A DNA stretch of 64,000 nt from Euryarchaeota archaeon UBA86 (lineage in GTDB: Archaea; Thermoplasmatota; Poseidoniia; Poseidoniales; Thalassarchaeaceae): positions 15,297-79,296 of the forward strand of contig DAQX01000023.1 of assembly GCA_002503055.1 (NCBI GenBank), read 5' to 3'. The translations under genes were made by a program, and so were the position numbers. The notes under the pieces were generated by a model. The model did not search any database. It saw only the letters and a program-made list of their open reading frames with translations, and was not told the origin of the DNA. Below are positions 42,347 through 52,311 of this stretch, one piece after another (position 1 is the stretch's first letter; every line of letters starts with the position of its first letter).

Positions 42347-43255
42347 TCAATCGTCTCCGGACCTCTGATCACTCTCATCGTCGAGATATGGCATCTGCCT
42401 AGAATCTTCATTTTCTGAAAGTCCCATCTTCATGTATCTACTATGGATAATCAGGGGCCCGATAATGCAAGCTATAGGCAAGGCCGAAATCAGAATGTAG
42501 GCAATAAAATTAGGAAGAGTAGTTCTCTCTTCTACATCGACCAGTACTTCGACATTCATGACCCCTCCAGAGGCTCCTCTATCAGAAAATCTCTCATTAT
42601 CCCAGCCGTCGACTACCAAGAAATACTGAGTTTCACCTGAGCCGAACAAACCAACCGACGACCAAGCAGAACCGGTCGAGTCTATTGCGACTGAGAAAAC
42701 TTGTTCTGAAACTCCTTCATATGCATGCACATCCCTGTAAGGTAACCAAACCAAAGTGTCTCGCCATTCTACAGGAATCTCTCGCACCATCTCCTCAAGA
42801 TCGTCCCATTCTCTGTTTTCATAACTGATTGAGTACCTGTCCCAGTTTATGTCATTCATCAGATAAACATCCCCAATGGCCCCCATCTCGGGCTCATCAG
42901 ATGGATCCGGACTCATGGTTATACAGAATGTGTATTGGTACCCAGGAATAAGCTCCATTCTTACTGCGTTTGCACTATCGTTGGAAATAATCATGTCGAC
43001 ACTAAAGTCGCTTCTGAGAGGCCTGAGGTCATCCCTGTCGCCCCCAAAACCCCAATCTCCCCACCAACCATCGTCTTCCAAAGAATGCTCTTCGTAGTAC
43101 TGATTCATTCCTGGAGGGTTACTGGCAGGGACATCACAAGAGCCAGCAGCAGAAACAGTTGGAGTTGCGATCACAGCCACAAGAACGGCAAGCATCGGCA
43201 TGAGCAGTGAGGCGTTCAATGCGATTGCTATGCGCGCTTTACGCCTGTGAATCAA
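42347..43255 (-). CDS. Hypothetical secreted protein with C-terminal membrane anchor
   Basis: N-terminal signal-like segment, acidic body and C-terminal TM FIAYILISALPIACIIGPLII. Confidence 0.65.
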   Translation of the reverse strand: MIHRRKARIAIALNASLLMPMLAVLVAVIATPTVSAAGSCDVPASNPPGMNQYYEEHSLEDDGWWGDWGFGGDRDDLRPLRSDFSVDMIISNDSANAVRMELIPGYQYTFCITMSPDPSDEPEMGAIGDVYLMNDINWDRYSISYENREWDDLEEMVREIPVEWRDTLVWLPYRDVHAYEGVSEQVFSVAIDSTGSAWSSVGLFGSGETQYFLVVDGWDNERFSDRGASGGVMNVEVLVDVEERTTLPNFIAYILISALPIACIIGPLIIHSRYMKMGLSENEDSRQMPYLDDESDQRSGDD

Positions 43256-43257
43256 CC

Positions 43258-46200
43258 TCAGCGCCTCCTCGTCCGAATCGGTCGGACATATCCTGACTCC
43301 TTGTTTCTTCGCTCTTCTACTGTCAGATACTTTGGTTGCGGAGGAGGGCGGTGTTGATCCATGCCAGGAAGTCCACCTTCTACTTCTACCTCGGCGACAT
43401 CATAGTTCTCTAGCATGTCCTCTGCATCCATCTCTTCCTCATCCTTTTCCCGCATAATCAACCATCCCAGAATCAGGACAGCCGCAATGAGGGCCAACAA
43501 GAGTGCACTCTGTGAATTCGGAATCAAATCCTTCCAAGTCAAATCTGAGAGAGACTTAGGAAGATCGTCTTCCTGAATTGAGAGCACAGTGATTACATAT
43601 TCTTCTGTAGTGCAAACGCCCACTCCGTCACATACTTCCATCAGGATTCTGATTTCTCCCGCTTGATTCCATGTTTGATTCCCCCAAAGCCAGTCGTTAC
43701 GAGTATCTCCATCCAAGTCAGAATCCTGCAGAGCATTCAGATCCCACCTCACAGTTAGTGGGCCCGTTAGCGGCCTGTCTCTGTCGTTAGAAGAATCTCC
43801 ATCTCCGTCACTATCGTCTGTGTTATCCAAATCCATCCAAGCCTGAATACCGTCAATAAGGTCGCCATCGATCGCACTGGAATTCAGAAATACAGGATCC
43901 CCAATTGTGACATAGTCAGCCGAAATTGGATCATCAGTCAGGATAACCGGGGCCCTTGAGACATATACTGTCATACTTGTTGAATTGGTCTCACCGCCTT
44001 CGAATCCGTCAACAACAGTCAGTGTCACAGTATAGGTCCCAGGGAGTTCGAAAGAATGCCAAACTACGGGCCCATATTCTGTGGAACTGGCATCTCCGAA
44101 GTCCCAAATCCAAGAAACAATACCATTCCATTCCGAAGACTCTTGGTCAGTAGAGGCCCTACCGACGAACTCCGGATCGGCATCATAACTGCTAGAGCCA
44201 TCGAATCGAATCGGATCTCCGGCAGAAACGAAAGCATCACCCTCTGCTGTCTGAGGGACCATCCATACGACACCATCTTGGTTTTGGGGGATTCCACTCA
44301 ATACAGTGCCATTGATTCCCGGACAACTGAAATCCAAATCAGGTACAGGCAAGGGGTTGGCGATATTAATTGAGTAAGTCTTGGTTGCGGATACCAGCCC
44401 TCTGTCATCAATCACAGTAAGGCTCACAGTGAAGAGTCCAGGCTGTAGGAAGGTATGGCTGACAGAGGAGACATTGTAAATCTGCTCGTCCATATCGGAT
44501 ATTTCCCAAATGGTCTGTAGTAGAGCAGTGTCTCCATCAGGGTCGAACGACTGGCTGATAAATGTGTATTGGGTGTCTATTGTTCCATCAGCAGGCCGTG
44601 AGAATACAGCTACTGGTCGTTGGTTGAATACTTGAACTACGAGTAGTGCAGTAGATGAGTTCCCATCATCGTCAGTAACCTCCAAAGTCACATTTTTCAG
44701 GCCTGGTTCCAACCACCCTACGACTGGATTCTGCAATATCGATTCTGTAGCAGAGAAGTCGGAAGTCAAAGTCATTCCAGAACCACCCATATTGACTCCT
44801 CCTTCGAAGAACCAGTTGTACTCTACAATCATTCCATCCGAGTCCTCAAAGATTGTAGGCATCACCAGAGGAGTCAAGGTACTGGTCTGTAGAGGGTCAT
44901 CGAAGATTTGCTCGGGTAGCCGATTTAGTACCTTGATGTAAATCGAATGCTCGACTTGGTGAATTCCATCGTCTACAGTCAGAGTTAGTGTGTAGATAAT
45001 CCCGTCTGCACTCCCGTCGACCCACGAATGTCCAGCTTCCACCATTCCCTTTGCCGATTCGATGTCTCCATCTCCCCAGTCCCATGTGAAAACCAATTCC
45101 TCCAGAGGTACATTGTCTGTCGTACCTCTTGCAGAGAATTGGACTCTCTGGTCCGTAAGTAGAATCAGTTCATCACTAATCACAACCCCGTCTACAGAAA
45201 TTTCAGGAACAGGGTCAGAGATGTCACTAACTGTGATGTTCCAACTCTGAGACTCGGAGTAGTAACCGCCTTGATCTTGAACGATTAGTACGACCTCATA
45301 TTCTCCTGCGTTGAGGTATGGGTGAGTCGGATTCTTCAGACTGGACGAGTTGTTATCTCCCAAATCCCAAACATATCCAACGGGCGTATCATTGTGACTG
45401 AATGTTCCGTTCAATTGTCCGAATCCCCATGAATCATATCCGGAACCGAACATATCTACGGGAAGCCAAGTCTGAGTAATCGAAGTTGATACTGACCCAG
45501 ATGCTATTGGCTCCATATTCGCAAGAGATAGGGGCAGTGTAAACGCTTGGTCGACTAGTTGCCCAGTGACATCGCGTATCTCCACCCCGAATGTCCAGTC
45601 TCCGGTCTCAGGAGGTGTAAACCATACGCTGTTGGGGGACGGGATACTATTTCCTGCTGTTACATCGAAGATAACCGTGTCAGCCAGGGTGTTGTTCACA
45701 TAAGCCTCGACAGTAACTTCTAGTATCTCAAAGAAAGCATTTGACTGTACTTCGAGATCAACTTGCACACTGTCATCAAGTCCGTTCTCATCACGATCGA
45801 ACGGAGTAATGGTATCGATGTAAACTTCAGCCGGATCAGTAATTAAGCCCGCGTAGACCGTGGCCGATGCGGTTGGATAAGAGCCAGTTGTAATTCCACA
45901 AGTAGCATAGTTGTAATCGCAGTCGCTGACCATAGATTCGTACCAAGTCAGTAGCCATACTTCGTCACTTGAGTTTCCAAATCCGTGTACTAGGCCCGTG
46001 GCTGCACCAGTCCCCGAATCCACTCTCATATTGGTCATGGTCCATGTTCCAGTGACAGAATCACGAGCCATTATTACTCCTTCAAATCCAAATTGAGTAG
46101 GCTGAACCATCAAATTGAGTGGAGCTCCTGAGCCCTGTGTGAACTTGTAGGCCCTCATTCCCCAGCCTTCGAAACTCTGACTAGAGCTATTCCAATCATT

Positions 46201-47373
46201 CACCCACTGGTCATTATAACCACTCATCTGAGCCTTGCAAATGTAAGCGGCAATGCAACCCGAGGTCAAATCTAGGTTTGAGAACCCGAATGCACCTTGC
46301 GCACTGTCGAGTGCAACTGCAATACTGAAATTAGCGAAAATCTCACTCATGGTTGTGCCAATCGGAGTTGATCCAGGCTCAGGATTCTGGGCTAGGTTCT
46401 CAATCGAAGCGCCGCCTGTGGTTGTATCTGCTACCAATCTCTGGATGGCAATTCCTCCTCCCAGTTTATCGGCCAAGTACATCATGAACATGAATCCGGC
46501 CCCGTAGTCAGCTATCCTGCCGTTCCACCATCTCACACTGAGGCTACTATCCTGAGACCAAGCATTGGCATGACCAGTCAGGGTGCTGGTTACTCCGAAG
46601 CACAGGTATGCTGCCATATCCGCTGCGCCCTCATCAATCCAAAGGTACTCGTAAGGATCTCTTGCATTGTGCAGTAGATGCTCAAACTCATGAGCTAGGA
46701 TTGTGTTCCTCCAACTTAGATCATCAACATCGATGAACACTGATTCTCTAACGGATGACAGTCCGGGCGAGAAGTATCCTCCAACCCCTCCTCCTCCATC
46801 TACTGCGATGAAGACCAACTCAATCTGACAGTTGTTGTCAATATCTGGAGGGGTGCCGAAGTAGGTGGTAACTGTTGGAAATATCGTTGATTCCCATGTC
46901 GAAGCAATATCATTGAGAGTAGTTGATGAGATAATTTGCCCGTTCTCAACTAGAATCACAGAGTTGGCAGAAATCTTCTGAGCAGTCACTCCAACTGTGC
47001 CGCTAGCGGTAGAGATGTTTCCTGTATCTCCTTGGCTCCAAGCGTTAGCACACGAACGTACACTAGACTTCGCGCTGAGATAACCGGGAGAGAACGGCAT
47101 CACCAGTCCCGGATAGCCCGCATCCCTCCATTCCATCTTTAGGTGGCCAGTGGCCGAGAATACTGGTTCAGAATCGTTTGTGAACATGTACCGCTTGCCC
47201 TCAATAGAGGGAGTAAAGTCGGATAAATCGCCAGACATGACCGTAGGATCAATATCTTCCTGGCCGGATTCGGCCAACGCCAAAGGAGAGATACTGGCCA
47301 TGACCATGCACAGTACCAAAAATACCGAAACTCTCCGGGACATGTTGCCAAAGCCTGAATTCATACTCAACAC
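43258..47373 (-). CDS. Cell-surface zinc metallopeptidase (M30/M6-like) with multiple PKD domains
   Basis: Signal peptide, LAHEFEHLLH..WIDEG, repeated WD(L/W/F)GD PKD signatures, DxDxDG loops and a C-terminal TM. Confidence 0.82.
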   Translation of the reverse strand: MLSMNSGFGNMSRRVSVFLVLCMVMASISPLALAESGQEDIDPTVMSGDLSDFTPSIEGKRYMFTNDSEPVFSATGHLKMEWRDAGYPGLVMPFSPGYLSAKSSVRSCANAWSQGDTGNISTASGTVGVTAQKISANSVILVENGQIISSTTLNDIASTWESTIFPTVTTYFGTPPDIDNNCQIELVFIAVDGGGGVGGYFSPGLSSVRESVFIDVDDLSWRNTILAHEFEHLLHNARDPYEYLWIDEGAADMAAYLCFGVTSTLTGHANAWSQDSSLSVRWWNGRIADYGAGFMFMMYLADKLGGGIAIQRLVADTTTGGASIENLAQNPEPGSTPIGTTMSEIFANFSIAVALDSAQGAFGFSNLDLTSGCIAAYICKAQMSGYNDQWVNDWNSSSQSFEGWGMRAYKFTQGSGAPLNLMVQPTQFGFEGVIMARDSVTGTWTMTNMRVDSGTGAATGLVHGFGNSSDEVWLLTWYESMVSDCDYNYATCGITTGSYPTASATVYAGLITDPAEVYIDTITPFDRDENGLDDSVQVDLEVQSNAFFEILEVTVEAYVNNTLADTVIFDVTAGNSIPSPNSVWFTPPETGDWTFGVEIRDVTGQLVDQAFTLPLSLANMEPIASGSVSTSITQTWLPVDMFGSGYDSWGFGQLNGTFSHNDTPVGYVWDLGDNNSSSLKNPTHPYLNAGEYEVVLIVQDQGGYYSESQSWNITVSDISDPVPEISVDGVVISDELILLTDQRVQFSARGTTDNVPLEELVFTWDWGDGDIESAKGMVEAGHSWVDGSADGIIYTLTLTVDDGIHQVEHSIYIKVLNRLPEQIFDDPLQTSTLTPLVMPTIFEDSDGMIVEYNWFFEGGVNMGGSGMTLTSDFSATESILQNPVVGWLEPGLKNVTLEVTDDDGNSSTALLVVQVFNQRPVAVFSRPADGTIDTQYTFISQSFDPDGDTALLQTIWEISDMDEQIYNVSSVSHTFLQPGLFTVSLTVIDDRGLVSATKTYSINIANPLPVPDLDFSCPGINGTVLSGIPQNQDGVVWMVPQTAEGDAFVSAGDPIRFDGSSSYDADPEFVGRASTDQESSEWNGIVSWIWDFGDASSTEYGPVVWHSFELPGTYTVTLTVVDGFEGGETNSTSMTVYVSRAPVILTDDPISADYVTIGDPVFLNSSAIDGDLIDGIQAWMDLDNTDDSDGDGDSSNDRDRPLTGPLTVRWDLNALQDSDLDGDTRNDWLWGNQTWNQAGEIRILMEVCDGVGVCTTEEYVITVLSIQEDDLPKSLSDLTWKDLIPNSQSALLLALIAAVLILGWLIMREKDEEEMDAEDMLENYDVAEVEVEGGLPGMDQHRPPPQPKYLTVEERRNKESGYVRPIRTRRR

Positions 47374-47440
47374 TCCGTGTTGTAACCAATCACATTGCGC
47401 TCAAAGACCTATTTTAACATCGATGGAGCATCGTTCGTAC

Positions 47441-48436
47441 ATGGGCCGCGGATTCTCTGACATTAGCCGCCTTTGCGCCCTAATGCTCGGCGCCCTCATC
47501 ATCACTTTCTCATCAACCGCTACTGCTCAGATAACAACAGCTGAGATAACCATAATTTCGACGCATACGCACGACCAATCTGCCTTCACACAGGGTCTTG
47601 AGATGCATAATGACTTCCTCTACGAGAGCACCGGCCTGTATGGGCAATCCAGCCTTAGACAAGTAGATCCGGATAGTGGAGAGGTCCTACGAATTAAGAT
47701 GCTTAACGAATCCTATTTCGGCGAAGGCATTACAATCGTCAATGATAGCATCTATATGCTTACTTGGAAACAAGAAATCGCCCTGATTTTCGATATCGAA
47801 TCTTTTGATTTAGTGGCCAATTTAAGTTACTCTGGAGAGGGCTGGGGGTTGTGCTATGATGGCACCCATCTCGTGATGTCAAACGGAAGTTCCGATTTAA
47901 CAATCAGAAATCCATCGGACTTTACTATAATTTCTACCATCACTGTAAGCGACGGTGGGTCTGAAGTCGACCTGCTGAATGAACTCGAGTGCGTCGGAGA
48001 AGTCGTTTATGCAAATGTATGGGGCAGCGATCTGATTGTTGCTATCGACAAATCATCAGGAGATGTCTTGTACACTATCGACGCCTCTTCATTATCTCAC
48101 GGCGAGTCGGATGACCCAAATGCTGTCCTAAATGGGATTGCATACATTCCAGACCGTGATGCATTTCTCCTTACTGGAAAGAATTGGAGCTCAATGCATT
48201 TGGTTTCATTCTCCTATGATGAACAGGTTATCGAGGAAGAACCAGAATCACTGATCATTTCGGTTCTGAGCGTGGTTTGGCCCGTCTTCTTAATCGCTAT
48301 ACTAATTGTCTTCCTTAGTTCAATGAGGCTGTTGAGTGCAGTCATTAGATTCCTAATCGTATTATTCACCAAGCGACAACCTGAACAGCCTTCTCAGATT
48401 AGCGATACATCGTCACAGGGGGCCGAGGAGCAATGA
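47441..48436 (+). CDS. Glutaminyl-peptide cyclotransferase (plant/bacterial type), membrane anchored
   Basis: FTQGL, ESTGLYGQS, YFGEG, GEGWG, LNELE, ANVW and VLNGIA; signal peptide and C-terminal TM. Start at 47423 or 47441. Confidence 0.9.
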   Translation: MGRGFSDISRLCALMLGALIITFSSTATAQITTAEITIISTHTHDQSAFTQGLEMHNDFLYESTGLYGQSSLRQVDPDSGEVLRIKMLNESYFGEGITIVNDSIYMLTWKQEIALIFDIESFDLVANLSYSGEGWGLCYDGTHLVMSNGSSDLTIRNPSDFTIISTITVSDGGSEVDLLNELECVGEVVYANVWGSDLIVAIDKSSGDVLYTIDASSLSHGESDDPNAVLNGIAYIPDRDAFLLTGKNWSSMHLVSFSYDEQVIEEEPESLIISVLSVVWPVFLIAILIVFLSSMRLLSAVIRFLIVLFTKRQPEQPSQISDTSSQGAEEQ

Positions 48437-49182
48437 CAGAGTCCGCAGAGGATCAATTCGAGGACTATAGCGCCATGGAACTGTGGCTACATGACCTCTC
48501 AATTGATCCAGCCACCAGAGTGGCCGGTGGATTGATGATTTTCGTTGGAAGCCTACTTGGACTTCTTTTGGGTATTGTATTAATCTCAGCTAATGTTGGA
48601 GAGATTCTTTCGGGCCAATTGGACGGTTCTGACGGCGTAGCAGATGTCAATGGCACTGTCATTACTGCTCTACAAGACAGCGGTACTGGCGGCGATCCAG
48701 CAGAAGGGGTCACAGTCTCTCTGATTGATTCTGATGGCCTAGTTATTGGCGTTGATGAAACGGATTCTGGAGGCCGATTTTCTGTGAAGGATGTCCCTAG
48801 AAGAACCTCTACTTTAATGGTTGAACACCCGGGTAATATTACAGTCGAGATCAAACTAGTTCCAGGTGATCATGCCCAGATCTCAGTCACTCTAACTCCG
48901 GGCAATGGAGTAGATAAAATCGACATTTCCGGTGAAAGCCACCTTGCCGAATCAGTCCTAATCGGTTCGATGATTGCAGCAATGACTCTGCTAGCCGGTC
49001 TAGCGGGAATGGTTGGAGGTTTAGAGGCATACAGAGGTGATCGCTACCGCAAGACATGGTGGTTAGCATTTTTTGGTTTGTGGAGCAGAGGAATGCTCTT
49101 CATCGGCCCGATGTTAATCCTAATTGGCATGGGGATGGTGAGTCTATCCAGGGATCAGTTCACCGATTACACGAGAGACTAG
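48433..49182 (+). CDS. Membrane protein with carboxypeptidase-regulatory-like (transthyretin-fold) domain
   Basis: PAEGVTVSL...TDSGGRFSV flanked by TM segments. Confidence 0.6.
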   Translation: MTESAEDQFEDYSAMELWLHDLSIDPATRVAGGLMIFVGSLLGLLLGIVLISANVGEILSGQLDGSDGVADVNGTVITALQDSGTGGDPAEGVTVSLIDSDGLVIGVDETDSGGRFSVKDVPRRTSTLMVEHPGNITVEIKLVPGDHAQISVTLTPGNGVDKIDISGESHLAESVLIGSMIAAMTLLAGLAGMVGGLEAYRGDRYRKTWWLAFFGLWSRGMLFIGPMLILIGMGMVSLSRDQFTDYTRD

Positions 49183-49194
49183 GGGAGGATTTCC

Positions 49195-50538
49195 GTGTAT
49201 CTAATTACAATAGAAGGCGGAGATGGAAGTGGCAAGGGTCTGGCCACAAAGATAGTCTCAGAAGTTCTGCATAAGGAATTCTCATTCACCTCGGTAGAAG
49301 TGACGGGCGAACCTCGAAGAGAGCACCCCTTAGGCAGATTGGCAATAGATGCTGTTCGTGAGAGGAAGATGCCTCCGGAAGAGGAAGCCGGCCTCTTTGC
49401 AGCCGATAGGGTAGACCATTCTCATGGGTGGATACTTCCTAGGTTGGAGGAAGGCAAAGTAGTAGTTAGTGAGAGGAATATTCACTCTTCTCTAGTGTAT
49501 CAGGGAATTGTTGGAGGGGCAGGAGTTGAAAGAATCGCGAATATGAATTCAGCAGCCTTAGTGCCCGACCTATGCATTTGGGTTGATTGCGACCCCGAGG
49601 TTGCCATGAAGAGAATACAGAGTGGAACTCTCAGGGCGCTTAGCGATAAAGAAGAATACTTCGAAACTACCGATCTCCAAAGAAGCATTAGACAAGGCTA
49701 CGCATCTCTATTATCTGGAGAGATTGAGATGCCAACTCCATTCGACATGGGTGCCCTTATCGGGCCCATTTTGAATGAAGGTACTGAGTCCGAATTCAGG
49801 GCCGAACTTACTAGGAGAATTCGCAGATTTATCCATAACAGGCATCCGCCGCTGAATGTCGATGTAGAAACTGTAGAGAGGCATCTGATTCGCAGACTCC
49901 TCAGGACTAGAAAGGGCCAGACCACTCTGAGTGGTATCGGAGTAGAGCCCTCTGGCTCGAGCCAAGATTGGCTTGGAGGAATCGCACCTTGGCGAGCCGT
50001 TAGAGACTCCCAAAAAGAACACTCCTCAGTACTTGCTAGCCTAGGCGACAACACTAGGGCAGATATACCGAAGAACATCCTATCTCACTCAATGGCCTCA
50101 GTCTGCGGAACCTTATCTCTAGTGCCATCTGCCGATATCTCAGAGCTTCGTTCCGCCCTAGGTCCCGTGAGAACTGTCTCCGAGCGTCATACTCAGAGGA
50201 TAGTGAAGTATCTGCATGAGCATACAGATTGGGTCCACAAACACAAATCTCTGCTTGGCAGGGAAGCACCGAGATCAATTCTCAGGCAACGATACAGGGC
50301 TGTAGGGATGACTTTGCTTGCTATATGGCCACTCAAAGAGGCAATCAGGAAATGGATGGAAGACAACCCTACAACTCATCTCAGATATTCTATGGGACAG
50401 ATAGTAAGATCCGGGCAATACCCCTCGGCGATAAACGACACTTTGGCTAGGATTTCCCTTCTTGGTCCAGGAACAGATGGAAGAAGTGCTCCGGCCGGAC
50501 CTAGCGGGCTTGTTACTTGGTGGCAACACTCGGCATAA
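49195..50538 (+). CDS. tmk: Thymidylate kinase with long C-terminal extension
   Basis: ITIEGGDGSGKG, GEP, LFAADRVDH, ERNIHSSLVYQG and PDL. Confidence 0.85.
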   Translation: MYLITIEGGDGSGKGLATKIVSEVLHKEFSFTSVEVTGEPRREHPLGRLAIDAVRERKMPPEEEAGLFAADRVDHSHGWILPRLEEGKVVVSERNIHSSLVYQGIVGGAGVERIANMNSAALVPDLCIWVDCDPEVAMKRIQSGTLRALSDKEEYFETTDLQRSIRQGYASLLSGEIEMPTPFDMGALIGPILNEGTESEFRAELTRRIRRFIHNRHPPLNVDVETVERHLIRRLLRTRKGQTTLSGIGVEPSGSSQDWLGGIAPWRAVRDSQKEHSSVLASLGDNTRADIPKNILSHSMASVCGTLSLVPSADISELRSALGPVRTVSERHTQRIVKYLHEHTDWVHKHKSLLGREAPRSILRQRYRAVGMTLLAIWPLKEAIRKWMEDNPTTHLRYSMGQIVRSGQYPSAINDTLARISLLGPGTDGRSAPAGPSGLVTWWQHSA

Positions 50539-51306
50539 TCACTTCATCATCAGTCTGGCATTTGCAGGTAGGGAAACTCTTGTTGCATCTTCTTCAAAGA
50601 ATGCCGCACGGGCGCACAGTGCGGCCGAGAACCACCAGCCAATTACTAGGCCCGAGAATAGTCCCGTGACGACCCTAACTGGATTAGTTGACTCATACCC
50701 AGTCAGAAGTTGAGTAAATCCATCTATGCCCATCGGGACAAGGCCAATCCCAATCACAAGTAGCATAGCGACCATTCTCCTATCTTTGAGATACAGAGTT
50801 TCTATTTTCTCATCAGGAAATACAGATAGGAAAGTATCGCGAACAGTCCATCTGTTCAATCCTCTAAGGCCGAATAAAGCAGCACCGATGAATAGTCCTA
50901 GGAAGATACCAATGTCTCTGGTACAGACAGGCATTTGATTTCCATTAATTTCCCAAGATCTCTCGTGCTTTTGATGACAATTCAAGTCACCAAATGCGTA
51001 GACAAATCCCCAAAACGGATTTAATTCAGACCAAGCAAATGTCCCCCTAGAGGGTTGATCGTGTCCTAATTTAGCATCATCTCCATGATTCAAATTACCC
51101 CAGCTTTCTTGACTTGCATAATCCAAAGCATTGGCTCTGCCAGATAGTTCCGGTACTGCCCCTTCTGGTAGGACAAGAGGAACTAGAAAGCATAGCAATA
51201 GATACGCTCCGACCGCAGCAGCGACATTTCTACCTACTCTCTGCTCACGTTCACGACTAGTTAGTCCATTACGTAGGGTCACAATTTCAGCATCGTTGAG
51301 TAGCAT
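50539..51306 (-). CDS. DUF2085-family membrane protein
   Basis: CHQKHERS, MPVCTRDIGI, DGFTQL and ESTNPVRVVTG. Confidence 0.8.
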   Translation of the reverse strand: MLLNDAEIVTLRNGLTSREREQRVGRNVAAAVGAYLLLCFLVPLVLPEGAVPELSGRANALDYASQESWGNLNHGDDAKLGHDQPSRGTFAWSELNPFWGFVYAFGDLNCHQKHERSWEINGNQMPVCTRDIGIFLGLFIGAALFGLRGLNRWTVRDTFLSVFPDEKIETLYLKDRRMVAMLLVIGIGLVPMGIDGFTQLLTGYESTNPVRVVTGLFSGLVIGWWFSAALCARAAFFEEDATRVSLPANARLMMK

Positions 51307-51362
51307 TTGATGTTTTTTCAGACCACCCCTGAATTCTTGAGCGATAACCGCTTAGGGCAATT

Positions 51363-52145
51363 GTGGCAGACTTAGGTACAAGGGATGCAGTCTGGTTGGG
51401 AATCGTTGTAGGATCTATGGTCGCAGTCATGGGTTCGTTCATTGTTTTCTTTCTCAGTGGCCTCGATAATCCAGATGTTCCCAAAGCCGCTCGTTCTGGT
51501 GCAGTTTCAGGACTGGCGGCTTCGGTCATAGTGACAACATTCGCTCTCCACAGATTGAGGGAACAATCGAAATCTGGCAGAGATATGAAGTCTATCAGAG
51601 AGGCCGAGGTAATCAAAGTCAGAGCGATACTTACTCCGATAGAAGAAAGAACATATGTTTGGGCCTCTAAATCTTGGTCGGTGGAAGAGAAGATACGAAG
51701 AGATAGAGGAGTCTTAGTAGTAGATTTACATGGCCTCGATGTACCATCAGCTGCAGCCTTGGCAGATATGTTATTGGAAAATAGATCAAGCCTTGGTCGC
51801 CTGAAAATAATTACCGGAAATGGAGAGGGCACTCGTCCAAGTTCTGCCGACCCCGGAATCAGACCAGCTGTCATTCAACGACTCAAAGTTGGTGCATTGA
51901 AAGCAGAGTGGCAGATTATTCAGAAGTCAAGCTCATTAGTTCTCAGACCAATGGGAAGGGCACCAACTCCAAGACAATGGGCTACACGCTTCGCCGTTTT
52001 CATCATTCCAATGACGGGGACCATGACTCTGGCATTTCGAGACTTGGCAGGAAGTAGTTTTGAGCAGCAGGGGATGATGTTTGGAGCTGCGGCAGGAGTG
52101 TTGATGACTGGATTACTATCTAGTTACAGAGACCGCACTTCCTAG
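51363..52145 (+). CDS. Membrane protein with central Smr (small MutS-related) domain
   Basis: VDLHGL and LKIITGNG Smr motifs, with two TM segments on each side. Confidence 0.65.
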   Translation: MADLGTRDAVWLGIVVGSMVAVMGSFIVFFLSGLDNPDVPKAARSGAVSGLAASVIVTTFALHRLREQSKSGRDMKSIREAEVIKVRAILTPIEERTYVWASKSWSVEEKIRRDRGVLVVDLHGLDVPSAAALADMLLENRSSLGRLKIITGNGEGTRPSSADPGIRPAVIQRLKVGALKAEWQIIQKSSSLVLRPMGRAPTPRQWATRFAVFIIPMTGTMTLAFRDLAGSSFEQQGMMFGAAAGVLMTGLLSSYRDRTS

Positions 52146-52282
52146 GAATAGTCCGGCACTCCTTCACAACATGCCTCGACTACTCTTCTACACCTCGGAC
52201 ACTCCATGTGCTGCCTCATAGGAATTGCCGAGCCAACGAATCCACATTCGCATCGAATATCTTCACAGTGGTCTACATCCAC
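52142..52282 (-). CDS. Small Cys/His-rich protein (about 46 aa)
   Basis: GTG-started DVDHCEDIRCECG...HMECPRC...EACCEG; its stop overlaps the neighbour's stop (CTAG). Confidence 0.55.
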   Translation of the reverse strand: MDVDHCEDIRCECGFVGSAIPMRQHMECPRCRRVVEACCEGVPDYS

Positions 52283-52311
52283 GAAGACTCTTGAGAGGAA
52301 GGGGGCACAAA

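Noticed and set aside
47150..47422. N-terminal extension of the glutaminyl cyclase ORF
   Set aside because: Overlaps the start of the opposite-strand PKD protease; the signal peptide begins near 47441.
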